A stretch of 64,000 nt of DNA from Euglena gracilis (Eukaryota): the NCBI GenBank assembly GCA_039621445.1, contig CP154954.1:9116634-9180633 (forward strand), read 5' to 3'. Both the position numbers and the translations under genes were made by a program. Numbering within the stretch: position 1 is the first letter of the stretch; the number at the start of each line of letters is the position of its first letter. Shown here piece after piece: positions 44,216 through 56,717 of the stretch. The notes under the pieces are model-generated. The model made no database searches and was not told the origin of the DNA. It saw only the letters and a list, made by a program, of their open reading frames with translations.

Positions 44216-44623
44216 CAGGGGGGGATAATTGATATCGGAGGCCTTCGGAAAAATTGCGGAAAAATTGCGGAAAAATTGACATCAGGAATATACACATTTC
44301 TGCTTGAGGGGACTTAGAAATTTTTCAATTGTGAGGTTCAGAACACCGCAACACCCACGTCGATGCAGGCGAGCACAAATCAACCGCTTGAAGTTCTATG
44401 CACAGGTAGGACGCACCCAATCCTGTGACCAGTGGTGCACCTGTGAGAAAAATTGGAAATTGGGGGGAAACAAAACACAATAGCACACCTGTTGATCCAT
44501 TTGAAGAATGGCCTGAACTCATCTTCCATCTTCGGTGGTGGGAAAAACATTCTGCGAAAAAAAATGCAAAAAAAATTGCGGAAAAATTGCGGAAAATTTT
44601 CGGATATCAATTCCCCCCTCCTG
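44216..44623. mobile_element. MITE with CAGG termini
   Basis: Imperfect TIR CAGGGGGGG..AATTGATATC / GATATCAATT..CCCCCCTCCTG; AAAAATTGCGG subterminal repeats. Confidence 0.6.
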
Positions 44624-44647
44624 CTGTGGGTCGGGCCGACAATGGCA

Positions 44648-44727
44648 ATTTTGTTATTTTGGGGAAACAAACAGGTCGGGCCGACCATTGTCGGCCCGAC
44701 CTGTTTGTTTCCCCAAAATAACAAAAT
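44648..44727. repeat. Perfect 38-bp-arm palindrome
   Basis: Arms at 44648-44685 and 44690-44727, loop CATT. Confidence 0.95.
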
Positions 44728-45472
44728 CCCCTTGTGTGTGTGCAAGGCAAGGATGGCCAAAACGCACCCCCTGATGAACTTAGTCGGCCTTCGAATTTAG
44801 GTGTCTGGCAGGTGAATAGCCCCTCTGTATGTTCCACAGGGTTGGGCCAAGGGTTTGGATGCTTCTGAAATGGAAAACCATGGAGGTCGTTCCTACCGAC
44901 CATTGGTTGCCTGCCAGAGAGGCTCTTGTCCACTTTGGTCTTCTTTTTTGCTGGGGGTTCTTGGGACGCTTCATGAGAGTGGTTGGCACATGACATAATA
45001 ACCACAATGGTGGGTGGCAACACCAAAACTGGTGCTTTTCTCTTCAAGCCTCTTGGCGTGGATGCTTTTCACAAACAACTTCCCCTCCTCACCTATTCCA
45101 ACTTGATACCCCAAGCAACATTCGGGCAACATTGTTTAATGGTGGCACTGTTAGATCCCATCCACTTGTGTGCAATAAACCTAACGCAGGAATCACACCT
45201 TTAACAGAGAAAAAAGCACTTCACATACTTTGCTTGGTTGCACCTTGTCACCACAATTTTCTGAAATGTCATCAAAACCATCAGCTTTGGCCCAAATAAC
45301 CCATTTGGAGGTGGTTCGCTGAGCAGCGTATGTTCCATGGTCGGGCATAACGGCAGGAGAAGAGAGGCATGACTTCAAAGAAGCCTTGATGTAAAATTCC
45401 ATCCGTCATGTTGAGACGATCATCCGTCTGGGAGTGGCGAAATTGGGAGAAAGTGTGCTCAGCTTGAGGTGT

Positions 45473-45620
45473 GTGCATCTTGTCCAATACCTGAATCTTG
45501 TCAAGATCTTAATCTTGTCCAGCAGCTGCATCTTGTACAGCATCTGCATCTTGTCCAGTGTCGACATTTTGTCCAATGTCTGCATCTTGTTCAGCATCTG
45601 CATCCATTGCATCTTGTCTA
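45473..45620. repeat. 18-bp minisatellite (TGCATCTTGTCCAGCATC-like)
   Basis: About 8 degenerate tandem units. Confidence 0.8.
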
Positions 45621-46217
45621 GAATCTGCAACCACTGCATCCACTGGCTCCCAACCTAGCAAAATGACCACAGAAACCCAAATAATGACCACAAAAAGACT
45701 TAAAATTGACTGCAAAAGGCCCCAAAAAGCAACCAAAATGACCGAAAATGGCTTCAAATAACCTAAACTTGCCCAAAAACGCCAACAATGTTCACAAAAA
45801 ATTGTAAAAAAATTACCCAACATCACCAAAATGGTGCAAAATGGCCAAAAAAATGCCATAAAATGTGCTCGTATTGACCCAATCGGCCCCATATTTGCCA
45901 AATCAGTGCGAAATATCCCCAAAATTAGCAAAAATTGATCCAAAATGGCCTAGATGGGTGTAATACTGGAGATTTGTGAAATTATCCCAAAAATGGGTTC
46001 TTCAAAATATACAAAAAAAAATGCCAGCATCGCCCTTGTCACCAAAATTTTCTGAAATGCCATCAAAACATTCAACTTTGCAGGCATAATAACAAAAGCA
46101 GAGAGGCTGCACAGAGACAAGAATCAGTCGCCAGGAAAAAAGAAACTGTTAGGCAAAAAAATTCGCATCAATTTTTTTCTCATTTTCGGCCATTTTCGGC
46201 CATTTTCGGGACCCCCA

Positions 46218-46640
46218 CAGGGTTCGATATAAGGACAGGTGGGGGGGGGGGTGGTCCGGACCCCCCCCTGCGGGCCAGGAGGGGGGGGGGGGGGGGGGGG
46301 GGACACCCCCCCCCACCTAAACAGGTGCGCGGTCAGGGTGGCCAAATTTTCGGCCCGGCGCAAAGCGCCGGGCCGAAAATTTTTGACCCCCCAAAACGAC
46401 CAAAAGTGCCATTTTGGGCACTTTTTGGGCAAAAATGTGCCAAAAATGCAAAAAATTTTCGGCGCAAAGCGCCGGAGGAAAAAATTGACCCTTTTTGGGG
46501 GGGGTCAATTTTTGCCCCCGAGGGTCGGTCCGGACCCCCCTTGCAGGTGGGGGGGGGGGGCCTGCGGGCCAGGAGGGGGGGGGGGGGGGGGGACACCCCC
46601 CCCACCTAAACCATGTACGCCCTCCTTATATCGAACCCTG
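46218..46640. mobile_element. hAT-type MITE
   Basis: 18-bp TIR CAGGGTTCGATATAAGGA; 8-bp TSD GACCCCCA. Confidence 0.92.
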
Positions 46641-48981
46641 GACCCCCACCTATAGAGCCCAAAATTTCATTTTCGGCCATTTTTACTACAGGTGCTTGGC
46701 CGTAAAGCCCCTAGAGCCCCCCCCCCCCGGGAAAATGAGCCGTCAAAAAGGTCCTAAAAGAAACCGAAACTGTTAGAATGCCCTGAAAACCACCAATTAT
46801 GCAAAAAAAACACATCAGTTTTCGACCCCAAAATGAGTTTTGGCCAGCCCTGATTGCTATTAATCTGGAAATCCCTGATGACGATGACCCCATCTAATGT
46901 GCAACTTTGGTAATGAAATAATGAAGCCTGATGAGTGCATATGGTGGTGTTCTGTCCCCAAAATGGGGTGACAATCCATAATGCCAGGCGGGCATCCATG
47001 GAATATGATGGGGGGAACTGAGATTCCCACTGATCTCATATGAATCAAGGCATGAGATAGGCGGGCCACACCCATCCATCCTTGCATGACACCAAGTCCC
47101 AGCACAAATTGATTGCGGCAAGTCCATCACATTTGCACAAATATTTCACATCCATCCTGCAATCACCTGGGATAGATTCAGATGCGCAACACCTGTATCC
47201 AGAGTTCATTTCCTGAGCATTGGATGAGATCCCATTTAGGCCCGAATCGCTGACTGGACAAATACACAGCGAAATATATACAAGACGAAGCAGGGCGACT
47301 GGGAGCCGAACTTCACACTCGGCAGAGGCAAAAACCCTGAGTGGGAAAAATTCAGGTGTTTGCTTGAATTCTTCAAATCCCATGTCGAAAACCATGAATT
47401 ATCTGAATTCTTCTTGAGCCAGCGCAACTCGGCCATCCTTGCCTTGCACACATTGCAAATTAACCCCCAAATGGAGGTTTTGGAAGGCATTTGGGTGGGT
47501 TTTGAGTCATTTTCCTTCACATTTGATTGAAATTTTTTGGGGGGGGGCTTCAAAATTAACCTTCGAATAAGGACATTGGATTTGCGGGCCAACATTTGGG
47601 GGTCTGGGTGAAAAATTTTTGAGAGTGTTTTGGGCACTTTTTGGGGGGTTCGGCGCAAAGCGCAAGGAAAAATTTCTTGGGGGGGGGGGGTGGATCCAGG
47701 GTTTCGGAGGCAGGTGGGGGGGGGGGGGGGACCCCCCTTGCGGGCCAGGAACACCCCCCACCTTAACATGCGCATGACAATTTTTGGGCACTTTTTGGGC
47801 AAAAATGTGCCAAATGCAAAAAAAAAAATTTCCGCAAAGCGCAAAGGAAGCAAAAAAGGAAAAAAGCTGACGGGGGGGGGGGGGGGTGTCCCACCCCCCC
47901 AGGGGGGGGCCCCCAGGGGGGGGGGGGGGGGGCCGGGGGACCCCCCCATGCGGGGGGGGGGGGCGGGGGACGGACTGGGGGGTCGGCCCGACCACCCACC
48001 CTATGGTGGCTACCAAAAAAATCCCACCAAGGGACCACAATGAGCCATCAATTTTTTTTTCAAACACCAGAAGCATTTTTTAAGACGAGGACCACCCACC
48101 ACCCACCCACCCCCTCCCGACCCACAAAAAAAAATGGCCGAAAAAAAAAAAAATAAAATTTTTGGCGCTGCGGCGCCGAAAAGTACACCACCCCCCCCGG
48201 CCCCCCCCCCCCCACCCACCCACCCACCCCTCCCCCCCCCCCCCCCCCCCGGGGGCCCAAATTTAAAAAAAAAGAAGAAAGACAAGAAGACATGCCAGGG
48301 GAGATCCAGTCGTCCTGGGGGTTCCCTGAACTCCCACTTTTGTCGCGTGCAAAATGAGAGCGAAGGGACGGAAGGGATTGCATTCCGCTTCCGTAATCCT
48401 GTGCGCTATGGATGATGCATGTCGCTGCTTGACGGGGGTGAATGTGCCCACAATGGACCTGATCCCTTGTGCAAAGAAAAGAAAAGGAGGAAAGACTGAG
48501 AAGAACAGGGGGGGGTGAGAGGGGAGGATGCAACCTTACTGAATGCTTGTGGGGATCATCCTTGAAAAACTTCTTGCTGAAATCCTCATTTTTGTTTCAC
48601 TTTCCAGAGTGCCTCTGCTGCTATTTTTGCACAATTTGGGCATTCCGTCGTTCTTCTGTGAGGAACATGCTTCGGGTCTGTCCAAATTCAGGGGAGCAAG
48701 GTTTTCTTCAGACATCATTGGATTGTTCTGGTGATTCTGAGTTCGTCTCTGCCCCCCATTTCATCCCTCTCAAGTTCGGAACAGGTGAAGAAACAAAGCT
48801 GACAACAACACAGAAAGGTAATGGGTCTGATTTGCAGACAACATGGGCCGCCAAAATACAAGTACAGTGTCGGTTGGTTTGGCTTTTATACGCATGATGA
48901 TGAGGAAATGCTCTTGTGGAACAGAGGGAATTGGCAAACTGAACCACTGCAACCAAACAGATTTCTTTTGGACTGGAACCA

Positions 48982-49775
48982 GACAATTGCTTAAGCACTG
49001 GCCAACACCCCCCCTGGGGGGTGAGTGGCTGATTTTTTCGGAGTGATTGACTGTTTTTGACTGGTTTTTGGCCCGGACCCCCCTGGGGGGGGGGGGGTCG
49101 GCAAAAAACCACTAAAGTGACCGGGCGCCGGAAAAATTTTGGCCTTTTTTCCATTTTTTTGGTCAAATTTAGTGGCCGCCCCCCGGGGGGGGGGGGGTAG
49201 TGACTTACTGGTTTCCCGAAAAAAGTGACTGACTGGTTTTTCGAAAAGTGGAGTGACCCCCTCCCCCCCCCGGGGGTCGGTAAAAAAAATTGTATGACTG
49301 GAACCTGCAGACGAGAGAGGACTTTTTAAAATATAAAAACTGTGTGTTCACCTCTGGGCCTGAAAAATACCCAGAATAAAATACACAAAGAAAAAATCAA
49401 ATTTTGGAGACCTCAGGTGGACAATTGCTTACCGACCCCCGGGGGGGGGGAGGGGGGGTCACTCCACTTTTTTAAAAACCAGTCAGTCACTTTTTTTTGG
49501 GAAGCCAGTCAGTCACTACCCCCCCCCGGGGGGGGGGGGGGCGGCCACTCAGAAAAACGGCCACTTTCCAGTCACTTAAGGCCATTTTAGGCCAAAAAAA
49601 TTTTTCCGGCGCCTTCGGCGCCGGGGTCACTCAAGCCACTTTTGCCCACTCCTGGCCGACCCCCCCCCGGGGGGGGGAGGGGGTCCGGGCCCAAAACCAG
49701 TCAGTCACTCTGAAAAAACCAGTCACCCACCCCCCCCGGGGGGGGGGGGGGTGGGACAGTGCTTAAGCAATTGTC
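48982..49775. mobile_element. Two inverted copies of a small TIR element (48982-49283 and 49420-49775)
   Basis: GACAATTGCTTA / TAAGCAATTGTC ends and shared CAGTCAGTCACT motifs. Confidence 0.7.
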
Positions 49776-50777
49776 TGGACCGGACCACAAAATATGTGCT
49801 GAAATATATGAAAATTGTGCTGAAAAGATGCGGAAAAATATCTCATTTTTGGTCGTGTTCAGGTGAAGGGGGGGGGCAGCAGCTTTTGCAGGAGTGCTGG
49901 GCAGCCCAAAGCGCCGAAAAAGTTGTTCATCCCCCCCCCCAATTGGAAGCCCCTCAGGTTTCCTGTCAAAACACCAAACAAGTCCACACCCACTGTCCAG
50001 CAAAAAGGACCAAAATCTGCTGAAAATTTTGACAAAAACAGTCTCATGGGGGGATATGCAGAGCATATTTTGCAGGGTGGGTATGGGTCACTATCAGGGG
50101 GGGGGGGTCAATAAAATTCCTTTAGGACCAGCCGGCCAGGTCCTGAGGCAGGGGGCATGGGACACTATCGGGAGGGGGGGGCTTGGTGCTCACAGGTGAA
50201 AAAAAGATATTCAAAAAAAAACAGGGCAAAGAGCATTTCGCGTCTGCTTTGGCATATGTGAGATGATGTTTTCTTGAAACAATGCTGCGGCAACCGTCAG
50301 CCCCTGGTGAGGAGCCTCTCACGCCACATTCTTGTCTCTGTTTTGCTTTGGACCCAGCTGGGGCCTTGTGGGAGGACCAGCCCCCCCCCCACCAACCAAA
50401 TGGGGGACCCCTTCACCCGGGGAGGGTGGGGTCCGGCAGACCCAAAAGTTTGGTGCTTTGTGGTGTTTTGGTGCTTCCAACCATAGCATTCCTTCGTGAC
50501 CCCCAAGGGGGGTCACTTTCCACTTTCAAAAAACCAGTCAGTTCACTGTTCAAAAACCAATGCCCCGGGGGGGGGGGGTTCGGTCATGGCAACCTTAAAT
50601 GGCAGCACATAAAGGGGGGGGGGGAGTTTATCATTAGCAGGAGGGGGGGGGGCAGCCCCCCACCCAGAGGACCGAAAGACGACTAGGTTAGCACAAAATT
50701 TTCGCTCATGGTCGGCCCGACCTCCAGAATTGTCGCAGCCAATCATCTGTACAGAGCCGGCTGGCTGGTCCCCCCCC

Positions 50778-51182
50778 CAGGGTTCGATATAAGGAGAGGA
50801 GGGGGGGGGGTGGTCCGGACCCCCCCCCCTGCGGGCCAGGAGGGGGGGGGGGGGGGGGGGACACCCCCCCCACCTAAACAGTGGCGCGGTCAGGGTGACC
50901 GAAAAATTTTGACCCCCCAAAACGACCAAAAGTGCCATTTTGGGCACTTTTTGGGCAAAAATTGGCCAAAAATGCAAAAAAAATTTCGGCGCAAAGTGCC
51001 GGAGGAAAAAATTGACCCTTTTTTGGGGGGGGGGTCCCGGGTACCCCCCGAGGGTCGGTCCGGACCCCCCTTGCAGGTGGGGGGGGGTGGTCCGGACCCC
51101 CCCTGCGGGCCAGGAGGGGGGGGGGGGGGGGGGGACACCCCCCCCACCTAAACCATGTACGCCCTCCTTGTATCGAACCCTG
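50778..51182. mobile_element. hAT-type MITE, same family as 46218-46640
   Basis: Same TIR (one mismatch); flanked by C8 on both sides. A partial copy lies at ~62786-62880. Confidence 0.9.
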
Positions 51183-51862
51183 CCCCCCCCCACACTCCCC
51201 CCCCACTGTCACTCCACACTTAACCCCCACACTCCCCTTTTGTGTGAAAAGGAAATTGCCAGATTCCTGCATGTGGCCCAACGTTTGAGTGTCATTTTTT
51301 GACTCACTGGGCCTTTGGCCTCGTCCTGGGGAGGGGGGGGCGGACCCTCCCCCAGATCCAAATTAACAAAATCCATATCTTCCGAACACGAAGATAGCGG
51401 CAAGTGAACAAAACCCTTCAGGGGCAGGTGCGCTCTCATGCGGGAGGAGTTTCGGCCGTGGGTGTGTGATCTGGTGCAGCAGTGACGGCCGGTATAAAAT
51501 ACACTAGGATCGAAAGGGGTGGACAGAATTTAGCCCAGATTGACTCCCCCCCACTGTCACCCCACACTTACCCCCCACACTCCCCCCCACTGTCACCCCA
51601 CACTTACCTCCCACACTTACCCCCCACAGTACCCCACACTCGACTGTGGGGGCTCCACTTTATGCCATATGTGTAAAGTGCAAACAAGTAATTGGCACGC
51701 AAACATTTTTGAGATAAAATGCAAAAAATTGACCGGAAGTGCAATAATATACGGTGTGAAGAGTGAAAATTTCAGGGGTTGGGGTGTAAGCAAAGCGACG
51801 AAACACCAACCATCTTCATTTCTTTATTTTCTCCTTCTGTGCACTTTGGGTTTGTCTTTGTG

Positions 51863-52521
51863 CAGGGGGGGGGGGATGCGCTGGACGGCCCTCGGAAAAA
51901 ATGCGCAAAAATGCGCAAAAAAATGCGCAAAAAATGCATTTTTTTGCGCATTTTTTTGCCCAATTTTGCACATTTTCAATTTGTGCGCCTTTTTTGCGCA
52001 TTTTTTTTGCCCAATTTTGCATATTTTCAATTTGCGCCTTTTTTGCGCCTTTTTTGCCCAATTTTGCACATTTTCAATTTTTGCGCCTTTTTTGCGAATT
52101 TTTTTGCCCAATTTTGCACATTTTCAATTTTGCGCCTTTTTTGCGCCTTTTTTTGCCCAATTTTGCACATTTTGCCATTTTTGCACATTTTCCACCCAAA
52201 TCACATGCTCACCGAATTTTGCCCATGTTCAACTGACCCATTTCTGTAACCAACGAACCCATTTTCGCACTTTTTTGGCCAAAATGCCTTCATTTCAGCT
52301 CTTTTTGGTGATTTTGGTTTAATTTTGGGTTTACTGTTGGAAAAAAATTTTTGTCTAAGTCCTTTTTCCCTTAGGAATGTCACAAACTCAGGACAATGTG
52401 CAAAAATGGGGGGGGGAATTGCAAAAAATGCGCAAAAATGCGCATTTTTGAAAAATTGACAAAAAATGCGCAAAAAATGCGCAAAAATGCGAAAAAATGC
52501 GAAACGCATTTCCCCCACCTG
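51863..52521. mobile_element. MITE with CAGG termini, 7-bp TSD and internal ~40-bp tandem repeats
   Basis: CAGGGGG..ATGCG / CGCAT..CCCCCACCTG; TSD CTTTGTG; AAAATGCGC and TTTGCCCAATTTTGCACATTTTCAAT arrays. Confidence 0.78.
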
Positions 52522-52531
52522 CTTTGTGCTG

Positions 52532-52569
<38 letters not shown>

Positions 52570-52602
52570 TGTGCGCGCGCGCGTGTGCGTGTGTGTGCGC
52601 GC
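52532..52602. repeat. Compound microsatellite (CT)n(GT)n(GC)n
   Basis: Read directly from the sequence. Confidence 0.95.
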
Positions 52603-52717
52603 GGCTGAGCGTGTGTTGTAAGCTCTTGGAACAACACAAAACACGAGAAACTCCTCATTCACAGGATACATCACTGCGGCTTGGTCAAGCACGGGGTAGA
52701 GGAGCAGGCTGGAGAGC

Positions 52718-52902
52718 TCAGTAGAGAACCACGTGGTGCGGAGAGTCAGTGGTCGGAACGGGGGTTGGGGCAGCATGCGGGTTGTACTCCTCGTACACCC
52801 CGTCAAACGGGACCTCCTGCCCATCCACATAGAACTCCTTCTCCTTCACATCGAGATCAAGCAGCTGGTACTTCTTCAGCTTGGCAACAGGGTGCTGGAC
52901 AA
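52718..52902 (-). CDS. Possible terminal exon of a host gene (product unknown)
   Basis: Codons end mostly in G/C (AAG, GAG, TAC, CTG); non-repetitive; CTAAT..CAG acceptor-like site upstream; TGA stop. Confidence 0.35.
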
Positions 52903-53364
52903 CTGGCAATTAGTGAGCTCAATCAAAAAAAAATCTATTTAAGCAACCTTTTTTTAAAAAAGCGGAAATATGAATTCTTGAATTCTTGATTTTTGAATTC
53001 TTCAAAAAAAACACAACAGCAGGAAAAATGCTCTGACATGCACTGATGCATGTCGTGCAAAAAAAGGCCCATGCAGTACCTTAATGCTGTCCAATTCCCT
53101 GATCCCTAATGCCCAAAAAGCCAGTCGCAGTGGCTCCAAGCGAAAAGGCAGAGGAGAAGACAAGCAGGATGAACCCATAAGAGTAGCCATGCACTGGGAA
53201 AATACTATTGGCGTGGCAGGTCATTTCGGCATACGCGATGAAGACAGAATAGGAGCAGATGGAGGAGGCAGGTACCATGATGATGAACACCCGGCCAGGC
53301 CCTTTGTGAGCAACAACCCCTTGACCATTGGGATGAACAAAATTCAGTCTTAAATTATTTTAAT

Positions 53365-53920
53365 CAGAAATTTCAGTTTCGTTGGTCAAGAATTTGGGGA
53401 AATCTAGATGTTGCCAAAAAAGGTTGGTCAATTTCAAAGACATCGGAATCCGTTTAGGTCAGTCAATTTCCATTCAGGCGCCCGCTTACGTCAGTCAATT
53501 TTCCATTCAGGCGGCTGTTAATGGGCCAAAAACCACTTTTTTGGCTATAATTCCGTCCAGGCGGTTCGGTCGAACAAAATTCAAGACAGGCATCGGGCCC
53601 AGACAAAATAGATTTTTATACAAAAAATCGACCAACACTAACAGATTCAGCAAGGGCGCCGGGCGCCCCTGCTATTTTGTCTGGGCCTGATTCTTGAATT
53701 TCATTCGACCGAACCGCCTGGACGGAACTATAGCCAAAAAAAGTGGTTTTTGGCCCATTAACAGCCGCCTGAATGGAAATCAACTGACGTAAACGGGCGC
53801 CTGAATGGAAATCGACCGACGTAAACGGATTCCGATGCCTTGGGAATCGATTTGTGCCTTTTTGGCAATATCCAGATTTCCCCAATTCCTTGACCAATGA
53901 AGATGAAATTCCTGAATTTA
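53365..53920. mobile_element. Fold-back element of the TGAATGGAAATCGACCGAC family (relatives at 53950-54165, 57380-57450, 61341-61750, 62580-62785)
   Basis: ~250-bp imperfect inverted arms. ~30-bp tandem unit TGAATGGAAATCGACCGACATAAACGGGCGCC. Confidence 0.75.
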
Positions 53921-54210
53921 GACGATCGGGATTGTATCCGTCTGTTTCAAAAATCGACCGACACCAACGGTTTCAGCAGGGGCTCCGGCTGCGAGCGAGC
54001 GAAGCAAGCCGCCCGGCGCCCTCTGCTGAAATCGAAGCCAATCAATTGATCAAACGACATAAATGGGCGCCGTCTTGGAAAGCGATCAACATAAACAATT
54101 TCAGCCTGAAATCCGTTGATGTCAGTGGAATTTCAAGACAGGCGTCGGGCCATGGAAATAGGTTTTAACAGTTGCCAAAACACCCCCGATCGAAAGCTTC
54201 TCATCAGGCG

Positions 54211-54436
54211 CAGGCTGTTTTTTTAGCAACCCCGGGGGGGGGGGGAGGGGGGGTCGGAGTGCCTGCCCAGGCAGGCACTACCCCCCCGGGGGGGGGGGGG
54301 GGCGGATTTCGGCCTGTGCCCAGGCACATTCCTTTGAAAACAGGCTATTTTTGGCTCCCCGCGCCGGGGTTGTGCCTGCGCAGGCAGGCACCCCCCACCC
54401 CTGGGTGGGGTCGGCACCCGACTAAAATACAGCCTG
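54211..54436. mobile_element. hAT-type MITE
   Basis: TIR CAGGCTGT(T/A)TTTT; 8-bp TSD ATCAGGCG. Confidence 0.85.
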
Positions 54437-55048
54437 ATCAGGCGTCCAGCGATGACAACGGAATCTGGCCAAATTGTACAGAATGCTTATTCTGAAGTTC
54501 CAGAAAATGGAACGGACATCCTAACTTCGGCCTGTTAGCCAGTTGTGACATCTGGCTCCGTGCGGATTTCCGGTGGTCGCCGTCGTGGTGGTCGGGCCGA
54601 CCATGGTCGGCCCGACCTGTGGTGGTCGGGCCGACCACCATTTTCCCGCAATACCCCCCCCCCTTTTGAACTTTTAAGCCCCCCCCCCCCTGGTCGGTGG
54701 CTAGTCGGTGGGCATAAAAATGGTCTGTGGCCGGCCCAAATCACCCAGAAATGCACTTGTGGCCAGTTCCCCCCCCCAGGACCCTGTCCTGGGGCGGTCC
54801 TGGGGGGGGGGTCCTTTGGAGGGTCCTGGGGGGGTGCTGGGGGGGGGGGGGGTCCTGGGTGGGTCCCACAACTTTTTGGCAGAAATTTTGCAGCACAAAT
54901 TCAGGTTTCTTTGAAATGGGTACCGCCCCCCGGTGGGTCCTGGGGGGGTCCTGGGGGGGGGGGAAACTGGCCATGACTCTTACGAGAGGCAGAAAACTCC
55001 CCCCTCCACCCCCATCCGAAGTTTTTTTTCATGGGGGGGGGGGCTTAA

Positions 55049-55730
55049 AAGTCGGCGGTTGACTCACCAGCACATTAGAGTGGGTATTTCGCCGACTAGT
55101 CGGCCAACTGGCTCCCCCCCCCTGTCTCGCCGACTCGCTGCCGACTAGGCCGACCGACCAATTGGCGTGGTCGGTCGGCCGACCAATTGGCTAGTCAGCC
55201 GACTAGCCAGCCCCCCCTCCAGCCCACCACCAACTAGTTGAAGGGTCGATCGACCAGTTGAGGGGTCGGTGACTGATGCGTGATAAATTGGTGCCTGCAG
55301 GGGACCAGCTACCCCAAAGAGACGCCCAACTAGGGTTAATACACATTGGGGGACCCTCGCTCGGCGCCTTCGGCGCCTCGCTCGGGTCCCCCAATGTTTT
55401 TAACCCTAGTTGGGCGCCTCTTTGGGTTCGCTGGGTCCCCTGCAGACACCAATTGAACGACGTTGAGGGGATGGGATGGGACAGTTAGGAATGGAAACTT
55501 GACCCTAACCCTACGCCTTTAAATAACATCATCAACTGATCAGGTTCTGAAACTGCAGCGGCCTTCGGCCTTCGGCCAGGCGGCCTTCGGGGCGCATGGC
55601 GGTAGACTGGGAGGGGGGGTAGTCGGCCGACTAATGGTCGGTAGCTAGTCGGCGAGACGGGGTGGGGGGGGTATTGGGTAGTCGGCCGACTACCCACTCT
55701 GATGTACTAACGGGTCAGTACCGCCGACAT
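55049..55730. mobile_element. TTAA-flanked TIR element (Kolobok/piggyBac-like MITE) containing a 170-bp palindrome
   Basis: TTAA|AAGTCGGCGGT ... ACCGCCGACAT|TTAA; palindrome at 55286-55454. Confidence 0.65.
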
Positions 55731-56228
55731 TTAAATCTATGAAGAAAATCCTTGGAGAATTTCCCTGATGCAGAATGCTTGCATTTCTAAAGGATTTTCA
55801 TGTAATCCCTGTTTCATCATTGGTTTTTTTACCCCTCCCTGACCTGGAAAAGCTGTATTTTGAGCCAAAAATGAGTGTTTCTTCACCCCCCGGCGCCCTG
55901 TTTCGGGCACAAAACCTTTGCATTTCAGTAAACAGAGCTCCATGGAGTGCGCCGGTTTATATGGCGGTGTCAATGAAGGGGTGGGTGAGCGCTTATTAAG
56001 AGCACTCAGCACTCAGCACTGTTCAAAACCTGGTCCTGGGGGGTAAGGTGGTAGGGGGGGGGTCGCTGAGCTCTTATCCCTTTATGGGTAAGAGCATCAA
56101 GGGCCCACTGACCCCCACCGACCAAAGATTTCCATCTGGGGGTGTTTATGTTGGTGTAAGACATTTATTTGGACCCATCCGGACCATTTCCGGGTGTTGG
56201 GCCCGCCACAGACCATTTTTATGACCAC

Positions 56229-56717
56229 CAGGGAATTTCTTAAAGACCCCCCCGGGGCCGGGGGGGGGGGTCCAGCCTCCGGCTGGCAAAAAGGCTGCTG
56301 GCTGGATTTGAGCTGCTGGCTGGCCCCCCCCGGGGGGGGGGGGGGGGGGGAGGGGGGGTCCGGGGCTGGAGGGGGCTGGGCTGGGCTGGGTCGAGGAAAA
56401 CCAAAATTTTCTAACACATTTTTGCCATTTTCGACATTTTGATGGGTGGAGCTAGATCAAGACTGGGGGGTTGTGATGGAGGAGCTGTGACGAGGGGAAA
56501 AAATGCAAGGATAAGTGAGCTGGGCAGCCCAGTTGGCGGGCCAGCCTGCGGCCGGCTGGCCCGGCCTCCGGCCGGGCTGGACCCAACTTTATTTCACTCG
56601 ACCCCGGGGGGGGGGGGGCTCCCAGCCCGAATTTGGGCTGCTGGCTGGATTTGAGCTGCTGGCTGGCTGGACCCCCCCCCCGGGGGTAGGGTACCCTCCG
56701 GCTTAAGAAATTCCCTG
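56229..56717. mobile_element. Uninterrupted copy of the hAT MITE that hosts Gypsy B
   Basis: Same TIRs, reverse orientation, with a single CTAG at the Gypsy B insertion point (~56452-56455). Confidence 0.9.

Noticed and set aside
45406-45658. LDKMQ-repeat peptide ORF
   Set aside because: Explained by an 18-bp minisatellite; no other coding support.
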